A stretch of 58,649 nt of DNA from an uncultured Clostridia bacterium (GTDB lineage Bacteria > Bacillota > Clostridia > TANB77 > CAG-508): positions 1-58,649 of the forward strand of contig CALXQH010000051.1 of the NCBI GenBank assembly GCA_944390525.1, in the 5' to 3' direction. Of this stretch, positions 30,679 through 42,629 are shown piece after piece (the stretch's first letter is position 1; each line of letters starts with the position of its first letter). The position numbers and the translations under genes are program-made. The notes below the pieces were generated by a model. The model was not told where the DNA came from, made no database searches, and saw nothing but the letters and a program-made list of their open reading frames with translations.

Positions 30679-33600
30679 TTGTTAAAAGAAATTAAACACG
30701 AGAAATGTTCTCGTAAAACTTTTGCAAAAATTGGCGATTCAATAGAAATGCCAAATTTAATTCAAGTCCAAAAAGATTCGTATAACTGGTTTGTTGAAGA
30801 AGGCTTAGGAGAAGTACTAAGAGATATATCTCCAATAGTTGATTATTCAGGAAATTTAGTACTTGAATTCTTAGATTATTACATGGAGAAAAAAACTAAA
30901 TATACATTAGAAGAAGCAAAAGAAAGAGATGCTACTTATTCTACAAGATTACATGTAAAAGTAAGACTTATTAACCGTGAAACAGGGGAAATTAAGGAAC
31001 AAGAAATTTATCTTGGCGATTTTCCTATTATGACAGATAGTGGTACATTTGTAATTAATGGAGCAGAAAGAGTTGTAGTCAGCCAATTAGTACGTTCACC
31101 AGGATGTTATTATGCACAAGATTTTGATAGCAAAACAGGAAGAAAAATTTATACTTCTACTGTTATGCCTATTCGTGGTGCTTGGATTGAATATGAAACA
31201 GATGGAAATGATGTGTTTTATGCTAGAGTTGACAGAACAAGAAAAATTCCAGTTACCACTTTATTAAGAGCTTTAGGAATTACTACAGATGTACAAATTA
31301 CAGAATTATTTGGAGAAGAAAATAAAATAAAAGAAACTCTTCAAAAAGACCCAATAAAAACACAAGAAGAAGCGTTAGTTGAAATATATAAAAAATTAAG
31401 ACCAGGAGAACTTCCAACAACAGATGCAGCAAAAAATTTATTTAATGGATTATTTTTTGATGATAGAAGATATGACTTAGCTAAAGTAGGAAGATTTAAA
31501 TTTAATAAAAAATTAGGCTTAGCTTCAAGAATTACAGGAAGAATTGCTTATAATGATGTTATAGACCCTGAAACTGGAGAAGTATTAGTTGAAAAAGACA
31601 GCACTATTTCAGAAGATATAGCAATATCTATACAAAATAGTGGTATTAATATTATAGATGTAAAAGTAGATGATAAACCTGTTAGAGTAATTGGTAATGG
31701 TACAGTTAATATACATAGTGCATTACCAGATATTGATTTAAAAGATTTACATATAAAAGAAATGGTAAACTATATAGTTTTAAAATCAATAATAGATACT
31801 ACAGACAAAAAAGATTTGCATAATGTTATTAAAGAAAGAATAGATGAACTAATTCCAAAACATATAACAAACGAAGATATAATAGCTTCAATTAGTTATT
31901 TATTAAATTTAGAGCATGGCTTAGGTAATGTTGATGATATAGACCATTTAGGGAATAGACGTATTCGTTGTGTAGGAGAGCTATTACAAAATCAATTTAG
32001 AATTGGTTTAACAAGACTAGAAAGAGTTGTTCGTGAAAGAATGACAATACAAGACCTAGATGTAATAACTCCACAAACTCTAATAAACACAAAACCAATA
32101 ACTTCTTCTATTAGAGAGTTTTTTGGAAGCTCTCAATTATCACAATTTATGGATCAAACAAACCCACTTTCAGAATTAACTCATAAAAGAAGAATTTCAG
32201 CGTTAGGACCTGGTGGTTTATCACGTGAAAGAGCAGGATTTGAAGTACGTGATATTCATTATACACACTATGGTAGATTATGCCCTATTGAATCTCCAGA
32301 AGGACCAAACGTAGGACTTATATCAGCACTATCATCTTTTGCAATTATTAATGAATATGGATTTATTGAAACCCCATATAGAAAAGTGGATCACAAAACA
32401 GGAAAAGTAACTGATGAAGTTATATACATGCCTGCAGATGAAGAAGATAAATATATTATTGCTCAAGCTTCTGAACCAGTAGATGAAAATGGAAAATTTA
32501 TAAACGATAGAATTCGTGTGCGTCATAAAGAAGAAATTACAATGGTTGACAAAGAACAAGTAGATTTTGTAGATGTATCACCAAAACAATTAGTTTCTGT
32601 TGCAGCAGCTATGATTCCTTTCTTAGAGCACGACGATGCAAAACGTTCTTTAATGGGAGCTAACATGCAACGTCAAGCAGTTCCATTACTTATACCTGAA
32701 TCACCAATAGTAGGAACAGGTATAGAATACAGAGCAGCTAAAGACTCAGGCATTACAGTTATAGCTAAAAACGATGGTGTAGTAGAAAAAGTAACTGGTG
32801 ATGAAATTCAAATTAGAACCAAAAAGGATGAGTTAGATATTTATCATTTAAGAAAATTTAAAAGAACAAATGGTGGAACTTGTATAAATCAAAGACCAGT
32901 TGTAAGTATTGGAGAAAAAATTAAAGCAGGAGAGCTAATTGCTGATGGACCAGCTACTAAAGATGGAGAAATGGCTCTTGGAAAAAATGTTCTAATAGCA
33001 TTTACAACTTGGGAAGGTTACAATTATGAGGATGCTGTTTTAATTAGTGAAAGATTAGTAAAAGAAGATGTATATACATCTATACATATAGAAGAATATG
33101 ACTGCGAATGTAGAGACACAAAATTAGGTCCAGAAGAAATTACAAGAGATATTCCAAATGTTGGAGATGACAGTTTAAAAGATTTAGACGAAAACGGAAT
33201 TATCCGTATAGGTGCAGAGGTTAGACCAGGAGATATATTAGTTGGTAAAGTTACTCCAAAAGGAGAAACAGAATTAACAGCAGAAGAAAGATTACTACGA
33301 GCTATATTTGGAGAAAAAGCCAGAGAAGTTAGAGATACTTCACTTCGTGTGCCTCATGGAGAAGCTGGAACAATAGTAGATGTTAAAATATTTACTAAAG
33401 AAAATTCAGACGAATTAGCTCCAGGAGTAAATCAAGTTATACGTTGTTATATAGCAACAAAAAGGAAAATATCAGTTGGAGATAAAATGGCTGGACGTCA
33501 TGGTAATAAAGGTGTTATATCTCGTATTTTACCAGAAGAAGATATGCCATTTATGCCAGATGGTACACCAGTAGATATAGTATTAAATCCTCTTGGTGTT

Positions 33601-34431
33601 CCTTCACGTATGAATTTAGGTCAAGTTTTAGAAGTACATTTAGGTATGGCAGCAAGAGCACTTGGATTTAAAGTTGCTACACCAGTTTTTGATGGAGCTA
33701 AAGATGAAGAAATTAAAGCTTTGTTTAAAAAAGCTGGATTAAGAGAAGATGGAAAAACAGTAGTATACGATGGAAGAACGGGAGAACCTTTTGATAGACC
33801 AATTACAGTAGGAGTAATGTATATGCTAAAACTACATCATTTGGTAGATGATAAAATACATGCTCGTTCAACAGGACCTTACTCATTAGTAACACAACAA
33901 CCTCTTGGAGGTAAAGCTCAATTTGGTGGACAACGTTTTGGAGAAATGGAAGTTTGGGCATTAGAAGCATATGGTGCTGCCTATACACTTCAAGAGATGT
34001 TAACTGTTAAATCTGATGATGTTGTAGGAAGAGTAAAAACCTATGAAGCTATTGTAAAAGGAGAAAATGTACCAGAACCAGGTGTTCCAGAAGGATTTAA
34101 AGTATTAGTAAAAGAACTTCAATCTTTAGGATTAGATATTAAGCTTCTTTCTGAAGACAATCAAGAATTAGAACTAAAAGAAAACATTGAAGAAGGTATA
34201 GATTTTAACAGTATACAAGATAATCAAAAATTTGAAGAAGAACTTGCAATAGTGGATGAAGATGAATTATCTGAAGGTTATACTGAAGATGGAGAAAGCT
34301 TTTTAAGTGAAGAAGAAGCTTTAGACGATGAAGATATGCTATTTGATGATGAAGAAGATCTTTTTGATGACACAGACTTAGGAGCAGATAATCTTTTAAA
34401 TGATGAAGATATTCTTGATGATGAAGAATAA
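30679..34431 (+). CDS. rpoB: RNA polymerase beta subunit
   Basis: [12 protein letters not shown] and GGQRFGEME motifs; the GTG at 30670 lies inside the SD (AGGGGTGA), so TTG at 30679 is the likelier start. Confidence 0.98.
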   Translation: MLKEIKHEKCSRKTFAKIGDSIEMPNLIQVQKDSYNWFVEEGLGEVLRDISPIVDYSGNLVLEFLDYYMEKKTKYTLEEAKERDATYSTRLHVKVRLINRETGEIKEQEIYLGDFPIMTDSGTFVINGAERVVVSQLVRSPGCYYAQDFDSKTGRKIYTSTVMPIRGAWIEYETDGNDVFYARVDRTRKIPVTTLLRALGITTDVQITELFGEENKIKETLQKDPIKTQEEALVEIYKKLRPGELPTTDAAKNLFNGLFFDDRRYDLAKVGRFKFNKKLGLASRITGRIAYNDVIDPETGEVLVEKDSTISEDIAISIQNSGINIIDVKVDDKPVRVIGNGTVNIHSALPDIDLKDLHIKEMVNYIVLKSIIDTTDKKDLHNVIKERIDELIPKHITNEDIIASISYLLNLEHGLGNVDDIDHLGNRRIRCVGELLQNQFRIGLTRLERVVRERMTIQDLDVITPQTLINTKPITSSIREFFGSSQLSQFMDQTNPLSELTHKRRISALGPGGLSRERAGFEVRDIHYTHYGRLCPIESPEGPNVGLISALSSFAIINEYGFIETPYRKVDHKTGKVTDEVIYMPADEEDKYIIAQASEPVDENGKFINDRIRVRHKEEITMVDKEQVDFVDVSPKQLVSVAAAMIPFLEHDDAKRSLMGANMQRQAVPLLIPESPIVGTGIEYRAAKDSGITVIAKNDGVVEKVTGDEIQIRTKKDELDIYHLRKFKRTNGGTCINQRPVVSIGEKIKAGELIADGPATKDGEMALGKNVLIAFTTWEGYNYEDAVLISERLVKEDVYTSIHIEEYDCECRDTKLGPEEITRDIPNVGDDSLKDLDENGIIRIGAEVRPGDILVGKVTPKGETELTAEERLLRAIFGEKAREVRDTSLRVPHGEAGTIVDVKIFTKENSDELAPGVNQVIRCYIATKRKISVGDKMAGRHGNKGVISRILPEEDMPFMPDGTPVDIVLNPLGVPSRMNLGQVLEVHLGMAARALGFKVATPVFDGAKDEEIKALFKKAGLREDGKTVVYDGRTGEPFDRPITVGVMYMLKLHHLVDDKIHARSTGPYSLVTQQPLGGKAQFGGQRFGEMEVWALEAYGAAYTLQEMLTVKSDDVVGRVKTYEAIVKGENVPEPGVPEGFKVLVKELQSLGLDIKLLSEDNQELELKENIEEGIDFNSIQDNQKFEEELAIVDEDELSEGYTEDGESFLSEEEALDDEDMLFDDEEDLFDDTDLGADNLLNDEDILDDEE

Positions 34432-34558
34432 ATAAAAAATAAAATTTAATAGCCTTCATAAAAATTTAAATTAGTTAGCAAAATGGAATTGTACAGCGGT
34501 GTAAACTATATTAAATGATTATGGAAAAAAGAAAATAAAAAATTAGGGGGCTAAAAAA

Positions 34559-37500
34559 GTGGATGAATTAGAAATTTTTAACAAAATTAAAATTGGATTA
34601 GCGTCAGATGAAAAAATTAGAGAATGGTCAAAAGGTGAGGTAAAAAAACCAGAAACCATTAACTATAGAACCTTAAAACCAGAAAAAGAAGGTTTATTCT
34701 GTGAAAGAATATTTGGACCAACTAAAGATTGGGAATGTCATTGTGGAAAATATAAAAGGGTAAGATATAAAGGAATTGTATGTGACAGATGTGGAGTTGA
34801 AGTAACTAAATCTAAAGTAAGACGTGAAAGAATGGGTCACATAGAACTTGCAGCACCAGTTGCTCACATTTGGTATTTTAAAGGAATTCCAAGTAGAATA
34901 GGATTAATGTTAGACGTTTCACCAAGAAGTTTAGAAAAAGTAATATATTTTGCATCATATATTGTAACAGATAAGGGTACAAGTGGACTAACTAAATGCC
35001 AAGTATTAACAGAAAAAGAATATCGTGAAGCAGAAGAAAAATATGGAGTAGGCTCATTTAAAGCCAAAATGGGAGCAGAAGCTATTCAAGAATTATTAGC
35101 TGAAATAGATGTAGAAAAATTAGCTGAAAAACTAAAAAAGGAACTTGAAAAAGCTAGTGAACAAAAAAAGGCTAAATTGGTAAAAAGATTAGACACTGTA
35201 GAATCTTTTAGATTATCAGAAAATAAACCTGAATGGATGATTATGAATGTAATACCAGTTATTCCACCAGATTTACGACCAATGGTACAATTAGATGGTG
35301 GCAGATTTGCTACATCAGATTTAAATGACTTATACCGTAGAGTTATTAATAGAAATAATCGTTTAAAAAGATTATTAGAATTAGGAGCACCAGAAATTAT
35401 TGTACGTAATGAAAAAAGAATGTTACAAGAAGCTGTAGATGCACTAATTGACAATGGCAGGCGTGGTAGACCAGTAACTGGAGCCGGAAATAGAGCATTA
35501 AAATCTTTATCAGATTTATTAAAAGGAAAACAAGGTAGATTTCGTCAGAATCTATTAGGAAAACGTGTTGACTATTCTGGACGTTCTGTTATTGTAGTAG
35601 GACCTGAATTAAAACTATATCAATGTGGTGTACCAAAAGAAATGGCAGTTGAATTGTTTAAACCATTTGTTATGAAAGAATTAGTAGGACGTGGAATTGC
35701 ACATAATATAAAAAATGCAAAAAGAATGGTTGAAAGATTAAGGCCAGAAGTGTGGGATATACTAGAAGATGTTATTAAAGATCATCCAGTATTATTAAAC
35801 CGTGCACCTACATTACACAGGCTTGGAATTCAAGCTTTTGAGCCTGTACTTGTAGAAGGTAGAGCTATTAAATTACATCCATTAGTATGTACAGCTTTCA
35901 ATGCTGACTTTGATGGAGACCAAATGGCTATTCATTTACCATTATCACCTGAAGCACAAGCAGAAGCCAGATACTTAATGCTTTCTGTAAATAACCTTTT
36001 AAAACCACAAGATGGTAAACCTGTAACAGTACCTACACAAGACATGATTTTAGGAGCATATTACTTAACAATGGAGGTACAAGGAGAACCAGGAGAAGGA
36101 AACTATTATTCTTCACCAGAAGAAGCAGTAATTGCATATGTAAATCACGACTTAGGAGTTCATGCTAAAATATTTGTAAGAATACAGAAAGAAATAGACG
36201 GGAAATTAGAAACAAGAAAAGTAGAAACAACAGTAGGAAGATTAATTTATAATGAAGGAATTCCACAAAATTTAGGATTTGTAGATAGAACAAAACCAGA
36301 GAATTTATTAGAACCAGAACTTAACTTTGCAGTTTCTAAGAAAAATTTGGGAAAAATAATTGCAAAATCAATTAATATAAATGGATTAAGTGCAACAGCA
36401 GAATTATTAGACTATATTAAGTCTATGGGATTTAAACATTCTACAACAGCAGGTATTACAGTATCTGTAGACGATGTAAAAGTTCCTGAAGCTAAAAAAC
36501 AAATTCTTGCTGAGGCTAATGAACAAGTAAATAATGTATTAAAACAATATAAACGTGGTTTAATTACAGATGATGAAAGATATAACTCAGTAATTAAAAT
36601 TTGGGAAAAAGCAACAGATGATGTTACAGAAGCTATGAAAAATAATTTTGAAGAATTAAATCCTGTATATATGATGAGCCAATCTGGTGCTAGAGGAAAT
36701 TTAAACCAATTAAGACAAATTGCAGGTATGCGTGGGCTTATGGCAAGTACAACAGGTAAAACAGTTGAAATTCCTATTACATCTTCTTTCCGTGAGGGGT
36801 TAGATGCTCTAGAATACTTTATTTCAGCACATGGTGCTAGAAAAGGTTTAGCAGATACAGCTCTAAGAACAGCAGACTCTGGTTATTTAACAAGAAGATT
36901 AGTAGATGTTTCGCAAGACATTATAGTTCGTGAAGAAGACTGCGAAACAACAGAAGGAATCACAGTAACAGACATTAAAGATGGAAACCAAATTATAGAA
37001 AAACTAGAAGAAAGATTAATAGGTAGATATCCATTAGAAGATATTATAGATCCAATAACAAAAGAATTAATAGTAGATACCAATACTATAATTACTGAAA
37101 AAATAGCTGAAAAAATAGTTGTAACTGGTATAGAAAGTGTAAAAGTACGTTCAGTATTAGAATGCCACACAAAACATGGTGTATGCCGTAAATGTTATGG
37201 TATGGGATTAGCAACACGAGACAAAGTAAATATTGGAGAATCTGTTGGTATAATAGCTGCACAATCAATAGGTGAGCCTGGTACACAGCTTACTATGAGA
37301 ACTATCCATTCAGGTGGTGTTGCTGGTGTAGCAGATATTACACAAGGTCTTCCTAGAGTTGAAGAATTATTTGAAGCTCGTAAACCAAAAGGATTAGCAG
37401 TAATTACAGAAATAGATGGTGTTGTTAAAATATCAGATGATAAAAAGAAAAAAGAAGTTATTATTACCTCAGATGATAATTCTAAAACATATACAATACC

Positions 37501-38074
37501 ATTTAGATCTAAACTACGTGTAAAAGACGGTGACTATGTTAAAGCAGGAGATGCTTTAATAGAAGGAGCAATAAATCCAAATGAAATATTAGCTATTAAA
37601 GGACCTGAAGGAGTATATAATTACTTAATTCAAGAAGTACAAAAAGTTTATCGTAATCAAGGTGTTGACATCAATGACAAGCACATTGAAGTAATTGGTA
37701 GACAAATGCTTAAAAAGATAAGAGTAGAAGACAATGGAGAAACAGATATGTTTGCTGGTTCATTAGTAGATATTTATGAGTTTGAAGATAAAAACACTAA
37801 AGCAATAGAAGAAGGAAAACGTCCTGCAACAGGTAAGAGAGTATTATTAGGAATTACAAAAGCATCACTTGCAACAGACAGTTTTCTATCAGCAGCATCT
37901 TTCCAAGAAACTACAAGAGTATTAACAGAAGCAGCAATTAAAGGAAAGGTTGACGAATTAATAGGATTAAAAGAAAATGTTATTATTGGTAAATTAATTC
38001 CATCAGGAACAGGACTTCCAATATATAAAAATACACATATTAGTACAGAAGAACTAGAAGAAGAAAATATTTAA
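34559..38074 (+). CDS. rpoC: RNA polymerase beta' subunit
   Basis: NADFDGD catalytic motif; Zn-finger CHCGKYK...CDRC; GTG start. Confidence 0.99.
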   Translation: MDELEIFNKIKIGLASDEKIREWSKGEVKKPETINYRTLKPEKEGLFCERIFGPTKDWECHCGKYKRVRYKGIVCDRCGVEVTKSKVRRERMGHIELAAPVAHIWYFKGIPSRIGLMLDVSPRSLEKVIYFASYIVTDKGTSGLTKCQVLTEKEYREAEEKYGVGSFKAKMGAEAIQELLAEIDVEKLAEKLKKELEKASEQKKAKLVKRLDTVESFRLSENKPEWMIMNVIPVIPPDLRPMVQLDGGRFATSDLNDLYRRVINRNNRLKRLLELGAPEIIVRNEKRMLQEAVDALIDNGRRGRPVTGAGNRALKSLSDLLKGKQGRFRQNLLGKRVDYSGRSVIVVGPELKLYQCGVPKEMAVELFKPFVMKELVGRGIAHNIKNAKRMVERLRPEVWDILEDVIKDHPVLLNRAPTLHRLGIQAFEPVLVEGRAIKLHPLVCTAFNADFDGDQMAIHLPLSPEAQAEARYLMLSVNNLLKPQDGKPVTVPTQDMILGAYYLTMEVQGEPGEGNYYSSPEEAVIAYVNHDLGVHAKIFVRIQKEIDGKLETRKVETTVGRLIYNEGIPQNLGFVDRTKPENLLEPELNFAVSKKNLGKIIAKSININGLSATAELLDYIKSMGFKHSTTAGITVSVDDVKVPEAKKQILAEANEQVNNVLKQYKRGLITDDERYNSVIKIWEKATDDVTEAMKNNFEELNPVYMMSQSGARGNLNQLRQIAGMRGLMASTTGKTVEIPITSSFREGLDALEYFISAHGARKGLADTALRTADSGYLTRRLVDVSQDIIVREEDCETTEGITVTDIKDGNQIIEKLEERLIGRYPLEDIIDPITKELIVDTNTIITEKIAEKIVVTGIESVKVRSVLECHTKHGVCRKCYGMGLATRDKVNIGESVGIIAAQSIGEPGTQLTMRTIHSGGVAGVADITQGLPRVEELFEARKPKGLAVITEIDGVVKISDDKKKKEVIITSDDNSKTYTIPFRSKLRVKDGDYVKAGDALIEGAINPNEILAIKGPEGVYNYLIQEVQKVYRNQGVDINDKHIEVIGRQMLKKIRVEDNGETDMFAGSLVDIYEFEDKNTKAIEEGKRPATGKRVLLGITKASLATDSFLSAASFQETTRVLTEAAIKGKVDELIGLKENVIIGKLIPSGTGLPIYKNTHISTEELEEENI

Positions 38075-38083
38075 TTTGAACAA

Positions 38084-38118
38084 AAGAGACTGTCTAAAAA
38101 CTAACAAGATAGTCTCTT
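38084..38118 (+). terminator. Hairpin after rpoC
   Basis: AAGAGACTGTCT...AGATAGTCTCTT. Confidence 0.65.
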
Positions 38119-38146
38119 GTTATTATTAAACAAAGGGCATGGAAAA

Positions 38147-38791
38147 ATGAAAAATGAAACATTAGTTGATTATATGTTAAGACTACAAAATGCAGCTGAT
38201 TATTTAATAAGAGGAGGTATTTTAACTAGTTATGATACAGATACAACAATTGAAATTAGGGATGATGAATTAACAAGGCAAAAAAAAGCATTCTCAATAT
38301 GTGAATATAGTATAGATGATGAATTAGAAGAATATAGATATGGAGAATTAAGAAGTATACAAATTTTAATGGAATTTATACAAGATGGAGAACATGACAA
38401 ATCCATAGAAGATAGTTTAAAAGTTAATAAAGATAATACAAAAACGGAATTTTATAAAATAACTATGAATAGAGCTAAAAAACTTTTGAAATATATTGTA
38501 ATTGTAATTATTTCAGGAAATCTATGTGAACTAAGCCAAGAAGATTATCAAAATTTAATAAATATGTATTCAGAAGATGATGAATATTTACATGAAGGAC
38601 AAGAAAAAAAATTTTTAAAATATGACGTTATGAAAGGACAATTTAATGTTGTAAATACAGAAGGTGAAACTATAATAGAAGATATACACACAATAAATGG
38701 AGTGTTTTTATTTACCGAATTCCTAGAAAGAAAAGAAAAAGAAAAAATGAGAAGAGAAGCAATGAATTATAACAAAGAAGAAGAAAAATAA
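38147..38791 (+). CDS. Acidic hypothetical protein
   Basis: Open frame 38117..38791; the first in-frame ATG beyond the hairpin is at 38147; no recognisable motif. Confidence 0.6.
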   Translation: MKNETLVDYMLRLQNAADYLIRGGILTSYDTDTTIEIRDDELTRQKKAFSICEYSIDDELEEYRYGELRSIQILMEFIQDGEHDKSIEDSLKVNKDNTKTEFYKITMNRAKKLLKYIVIVIISGNLCELSQEDYQNLINMYSEDDEYLHEGQEKKFLKYDVMKGQFNVVNTEGETIIEDIHTINGVFLFTEFLERKEKEKMRREAMNYNKEEEK

Positions 38792-38901
38792 TAAAAAATA
38801 TTGTAAAATAAAATATAATATTTTATTATAAAAACATAAGAAGCAAAAAGAAAGTACACTCAAAAGATAAAAAACAAAAGAACAAGGAGGAAAAAGAAAA
38901 A

Positions 38902-39952
38902 ATGAAAAATGAAAACAAAGGAATAACTTTAATAGCATTAGTTGTAACAATAGTAGTGTTATTAATTTTAGCAGGAATAAGTATAACAGCACTATTTGGA
39001 GAAAATGGGTTAATAACAAGAGCAAAAATAGCAGCAGAAAAAACAAATCAGTCAATACAAAATGATATATCAGCAATGGAAGAACTAAATCAACAATTAT
39101 ATGAATTAATAGATAAAGAAACAATAGAAAATACACTAGTAGATACAACAATAATAACAAATACAAAACCAACATTAAAAGCAAGTACTAACTCAATAAC
39201 ATTAACACAAAATCAAACAACAAATAATTATCAAGTAGAATACACTATAAAGAAAACTAATGATACAAGCTGGAAAACATGGAGTAATAGCGGAAATTTT
39301 ACAAATCTAATATTTAATACAGAATACCAAGCAAAAACTAGAGTAAAAAATGAAGAAGGAGAATATATAGAATCAGAAATAGAACAAATAAAAACGCAAA
39401 ACATTACAAAGCCAGAAATAAACATTAATATAGAAAATACTACGCCAAAAACAGCAACAGCAACGATAACATATTCTCAAGCCAGTGGATTAACTAATCA
39501 ATATAGTTTTAATGGAACAAATTGGAACACATATGTTGGACCAATTTCAATATCTCAAGACACAAAAATATATGCAAGGAATATAGATAGTTCAAATCAG
39601 GGCTCTTCAGATGATTTAGTAGATGTATATACAGTAAATATTATAGCACCAACTGCAACTCTTTCATATGCAAAATCTCGGATTATTTGATGCACTTGTT
39701 ACAGCTTCAATTTCTAATATTAGTGAAACAGATGGAACAATAACTATAAGCTTTTACAGAAAGTATAAAAATAGTACAGAAGAATTTACACTTGTTAAAA
39801 CTGGAACAGAAAACACCTGTACTATATCTGATACATACGACTTTGAACAAATAGTTCGCGTAGAAGTAGCAGATTCATTTGGAAATATATCAGTTCAAGA
39901 ATTAGAAGTATATACTGGTATTATTAAAGATGGACCAATAGTTGGAATGTAA
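38902..39952 (+). CDS. Type IV pilin-like protein with Fn3/Ig-like domains; +1 frameshift at CGGA 39679-39682, join(38902..39678,39680..39952), ~349 aa
   Basis: SD AAGGAGG; class III signal KG|ITLIALVVTIVVLLILAGISI. The 0 frame ends 3 codons after CGG; the +1 frame completes an Ig-like module (APTATLSYAKS-GLFDALVTASIS...VRVEVADSFGN). The terminator lies after 39952. Confidence 0.75.
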
Positions 39953-39970
39953 ATTAAAAATAACTAAAAC

Positions 39971-40012
39971 AAAACTATATACTATTAATATAATTATAGT
40001 ATATAGTTTTTT
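39971..40012 (+). terminator. Intrinsic terminator after the pilin-like gene
   Basis: AAAACTATATACTAT...ATAGTATATAGTTTT followed by T's. Confidence 0.75.
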
Positions 40013-40049
40013 GTTAAAATATAAACATATACAGATATACTTATTGCAA

Positions 40050-40078
40050 TTGACAAAATTACATAAACATAGTACAAT
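40050..40078 (+). promoter_or_regulatory. SigA promoter of gdpP-rplI-dnaB-tilS
   Basis: TTGACA-17 bp-TACAAT. Confidence 0.8.
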
Positions 40079-40104
40079 GATATACGTAAAAAAGGAGTTA
40101 ATTT

Positions 40105-42099
40105 ATGCAAAATAATAAAAAAATATTTGAAAGATTAAATTCAAGAAATAAAATATATTTAATTTTAATAGCAATTTTATTAATAGTAATATGTATACTA
40201 AACATACATTATTTTATGCCTTCTGTAATTATGTATATATTAATATTACTTTATACATATTGGAGTAATACTAAAAGAAAAGCAGAATTATCAAATCATT
40301 TGCAAGATTTAAATTTACATATAGATAAAGCAGCTAAAGATACTATGATAAATTCTCCTTTTCCTTTAATTATTATAGAAACTAATGGAAATATAGTATG
40401 GAAAAGTGCTAAATTTGTAAAAGAATTTTCAAATATAGATATTAATAATATTTTAAGTGATTTAGTAAAGCAAATTAGATTAGAAATAGAAAATAATGAA
40501 CAAGATCCAGAAAAGAGTATTCATAAAGATTTAGAAATTGGAAACAAAATCTATGAAATACAAGGAAAATATACTAAAACTAAAGAAGACTATATGCTTA
40601 CTTTATATTTTTTAGACGAAACAAAAAATGTTGAACTAGAAAAAATTTATAATAATTCTCAAATATGTGTTGGATTAATTATGATAGATAATTTTGAAGA
40701 AGTAAATCAAAGAATTAGTGATGAAGAAAAACCTAATTTAACAGCTCAAGTAGACAAAGCTATATATGATTGGGCTGCAACATTTAAAGGATTAGTAATA
40801 AAGTCTGAAAGAGATATATTTGTATGTATATTTGAAAAGAAATATTTAGAAGAATTAGAAGAAAAGAAATTTAATATATTAGATACAATTAAAGAGCTAG
40901 AGTTAACTGACAAAATGCAAATTACACTAAGTATTTCAGTATCTACAGAAGGAAAATCAAACTACGAAAAATATAAATCATCGCAAGCAGGATTAGATAT
41001 TGCATTAGGCAGAGGAGGAGATCAAGCTGTAGTAAGAGAAAATGGAAAATATCAATTTTTTGGAGGTAGAACGCAAGAGTTAGAAAAAAGAACAAAAGTT
41101 AAATCTAGAATAATATCACATGCATTAGAAGAATTAATGCAAGAAGCAAAAAATGTTATGATTATGGGGCATATTAATGGAGATATTGATTCTATGGGTG
41201 CAAGTATGGGCCTATATCGCTTAGCTAAAAGCTTAGGTGTAGAAACTTATATAGTAAATAATTCTGTAGGGCTTAGCTTAGAAAATTTTGTTGAAATAGC
41301 TAAACAGGAAAAAGAATACCAAGAAGCTATTATAAATAAAGCAGAAGCTTTGTCAAAGATAACGCCAGAAACATTATTAATTGTTGTAGATACACATAAA
41401 AGAAATTATGTTGAAGTTCCAGAATTATTAGAAGAAACTAATAAAATAGTTGTAATAGACCATCATAGAAAAAGTCCAGATTTTATAGAAGAAACAATTC
41501 TAACATATCACGAAGTATATGCTTCATCAACATGTGAACTTGTAACAGAAATATTAGAATATGCTCAAAAAGAAATAGAACTAAATAATATAGAGGCAGA
41601 AGCTCTATATGCAGGAATTATGATGGATACTAAAAATTTTACATTTAAAACAGGCGTTAGAACATTTGAAGCAGCAGCATATTTAAGAAAATGTGGTATT
41701 GATATAATAAAAGTAAAAAAATGGTTTCAAAGCGATTTAAAAACTTACAATAAAATTTCTAAAATAGTAGAAAATGCAGAAATTGTAAAAGATACTATAG
41801 GAATATCAACATATTTACAAGAAGACAAAGATGCTAACATAATTTGTGCAAAAGCAGCAGATGAGTTGTTAACAATTAGTGATATTACAGCTTCATTTGT
41901 TATTGGAAAAATAGGAGAAAAAGTATGTATTAGTGGACGCTCTATAGGAGATATAAATGTACAGGTTATATTAGAAAAACTTGGAGGCGGTGGTCATATT
42001 ACATTAGCTGGGGCACAAGTTGAAGGAATGACTATAGAAGAAGTTAAGAAAATTTTAATTGAAAAAATAGAAGAATATTTTTCTGAAATTTCTAATTAA
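40105..42099 (+). CDS. gdpP: c-di-AMP phosphodiesterase GdpP (TM-PAS-degenerate GGDEF-DHH-DHHA1)
   Basis: RGGDQAV, GHxxxDxD, IDHH and GGGH motifs; canonical position upstream of rplI. Confidence 0.93.
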   Translation: MQNNKKIFERLNSRNKIYLILIAILLIVICILNIHYFMPSVIMYILILLYTYWSNTKRKAELSNHLQDLNLHIDKAAKDTMINSPFPLIIIETNGNIVWKSAKFVKEFSNIDINNILSDLVKQIRLEIENNEQDPEKSIHKDLEIGNKIYEIQGKYTKTKEDYMLTLYFLDETKNVELEKIYNNSQICVGLIMIDNFEEVNQRISDEEKPNLTAQVDKAIYDWAATFKGLVIKSERDIFVCIFEKKYLEELEEKKFNILDTIKELELTDKMQITLSISVSTEGKSNYEKYKSSQAGLDIALGRGGDQAVVRENGKYQFFGGRTQELEKRTKVKSRIISHALEELMQEAKNVMIMGHINGDIDSMGASMGLYRLAKSLGVETYIVNNSVGLSLENFVEIAKQEKEYQEAIINKAEALSKITPETLLIVVDTHKRNYVEVPELLEETNKIVVIDHHRKSPDFIEETILTYHEVYASSTCELVTEILEYAQKEIELNNIEAEALYAGIMMDTKNFTFKTGVRTFEAAAYLRKCGIDIIKVKKWFQSDLKTYNKISKIVENAEIVKDTIGISTYLQEDKDANIICAKAADELLTISDITASFVIGKIGEKVCISGRSIGDINVQVILEKLGGGGHITLAGAQVEGMTIEEVKKILIEKIEEYFSEISN

Positions 42100-42157
42100 T
42101 AAAAAACTAGTAGAATTAAATATTAAATACTACATAAAAATTAGAAAGGAGAAATTT

Positions 42158-42604
42158 ATGAAAGTAATATTACTACAAGATATAAAAGGTGTAGGAAAAA
42201 AAGATGAAGTAATAAATGCAAGTGATGGATATGCAAGAAACTTTTTATTTCCTAAAAATATGGCTTTAGAGGCCAGTAGTGAAAATATGAATAAACTAAA
42301 AGCAAAACAAGATGCTAACCAATATAAAAAATTGGTAGAGAAACAAGAAGCTCAAAAAATGGCTGAAAATTTAAAAACTATTATTTTAAAAATAAAAGTA
42401 AAAGCAGGCGAAAATCAAAAAATATTTGGATCTATTACTTCTAAAGAAATTTCTGAAAATTTAAAAGAACAATACAAAATACAAATAGATAAAAAGAAAA
42501 TAGAATTAAAAGAACCAATAAAAACTTTAGGATGTTTTTCTGTAATAATTAAATTATATGAAGGCGTTGTAGCAAACTTAAAAGTACAAATAATACCACA
42601 GTAA
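42158..42604 (+). CDS. rplI: 50S ribosomal protein L9
   Basis: MKVILLQD...GYARNFLFP, FGSIT. Confidence 0.97.
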   Translation: MKVILLQDIKGVGKKDEVINASDGYARNFLFPKNMALEASSENMNKLKAKQDANQYKKLVEKQEAQKMAENLKTIILKIKVKAGENQKIFGSITSKEISENLKEQYKIQIDKKKIELKEPIKTLGCFSVIIKLYEGVVANLKVQIIPQ

Positions 42605-42629
42605 AAATAATATTAATGGAGGCAAAATA

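Noticed and set aside
34200-34431. Long acidic C-terminal tail of RpoB
   Set aside because: Acidic low-complexity tails are common on clostridial RpoB.
37502-37510. RpoC IPF-R-SKL (AGA) where Gly is common, as a possible AGA/GGA recoding
   Set aside because: Single instance at a non-invariant position; AGA encodes conserved Arg throughout the window.
10581-39952. Calling the adhesin, tatD and pilin genes independent pseudogenes
   Set aside because: Each has one lesion, identical in type and codon phase, with intact downstream motifs. Independent decay is an unlikely explanation, though not formally excluded.
11518-39952. ORFs 11518..15234, 21827..22039 and 39668..39952 as separate genes
   Set aside because: None has a properly spaced SD or a signal peptide; each is the +1-frame tail of the upstream gene.
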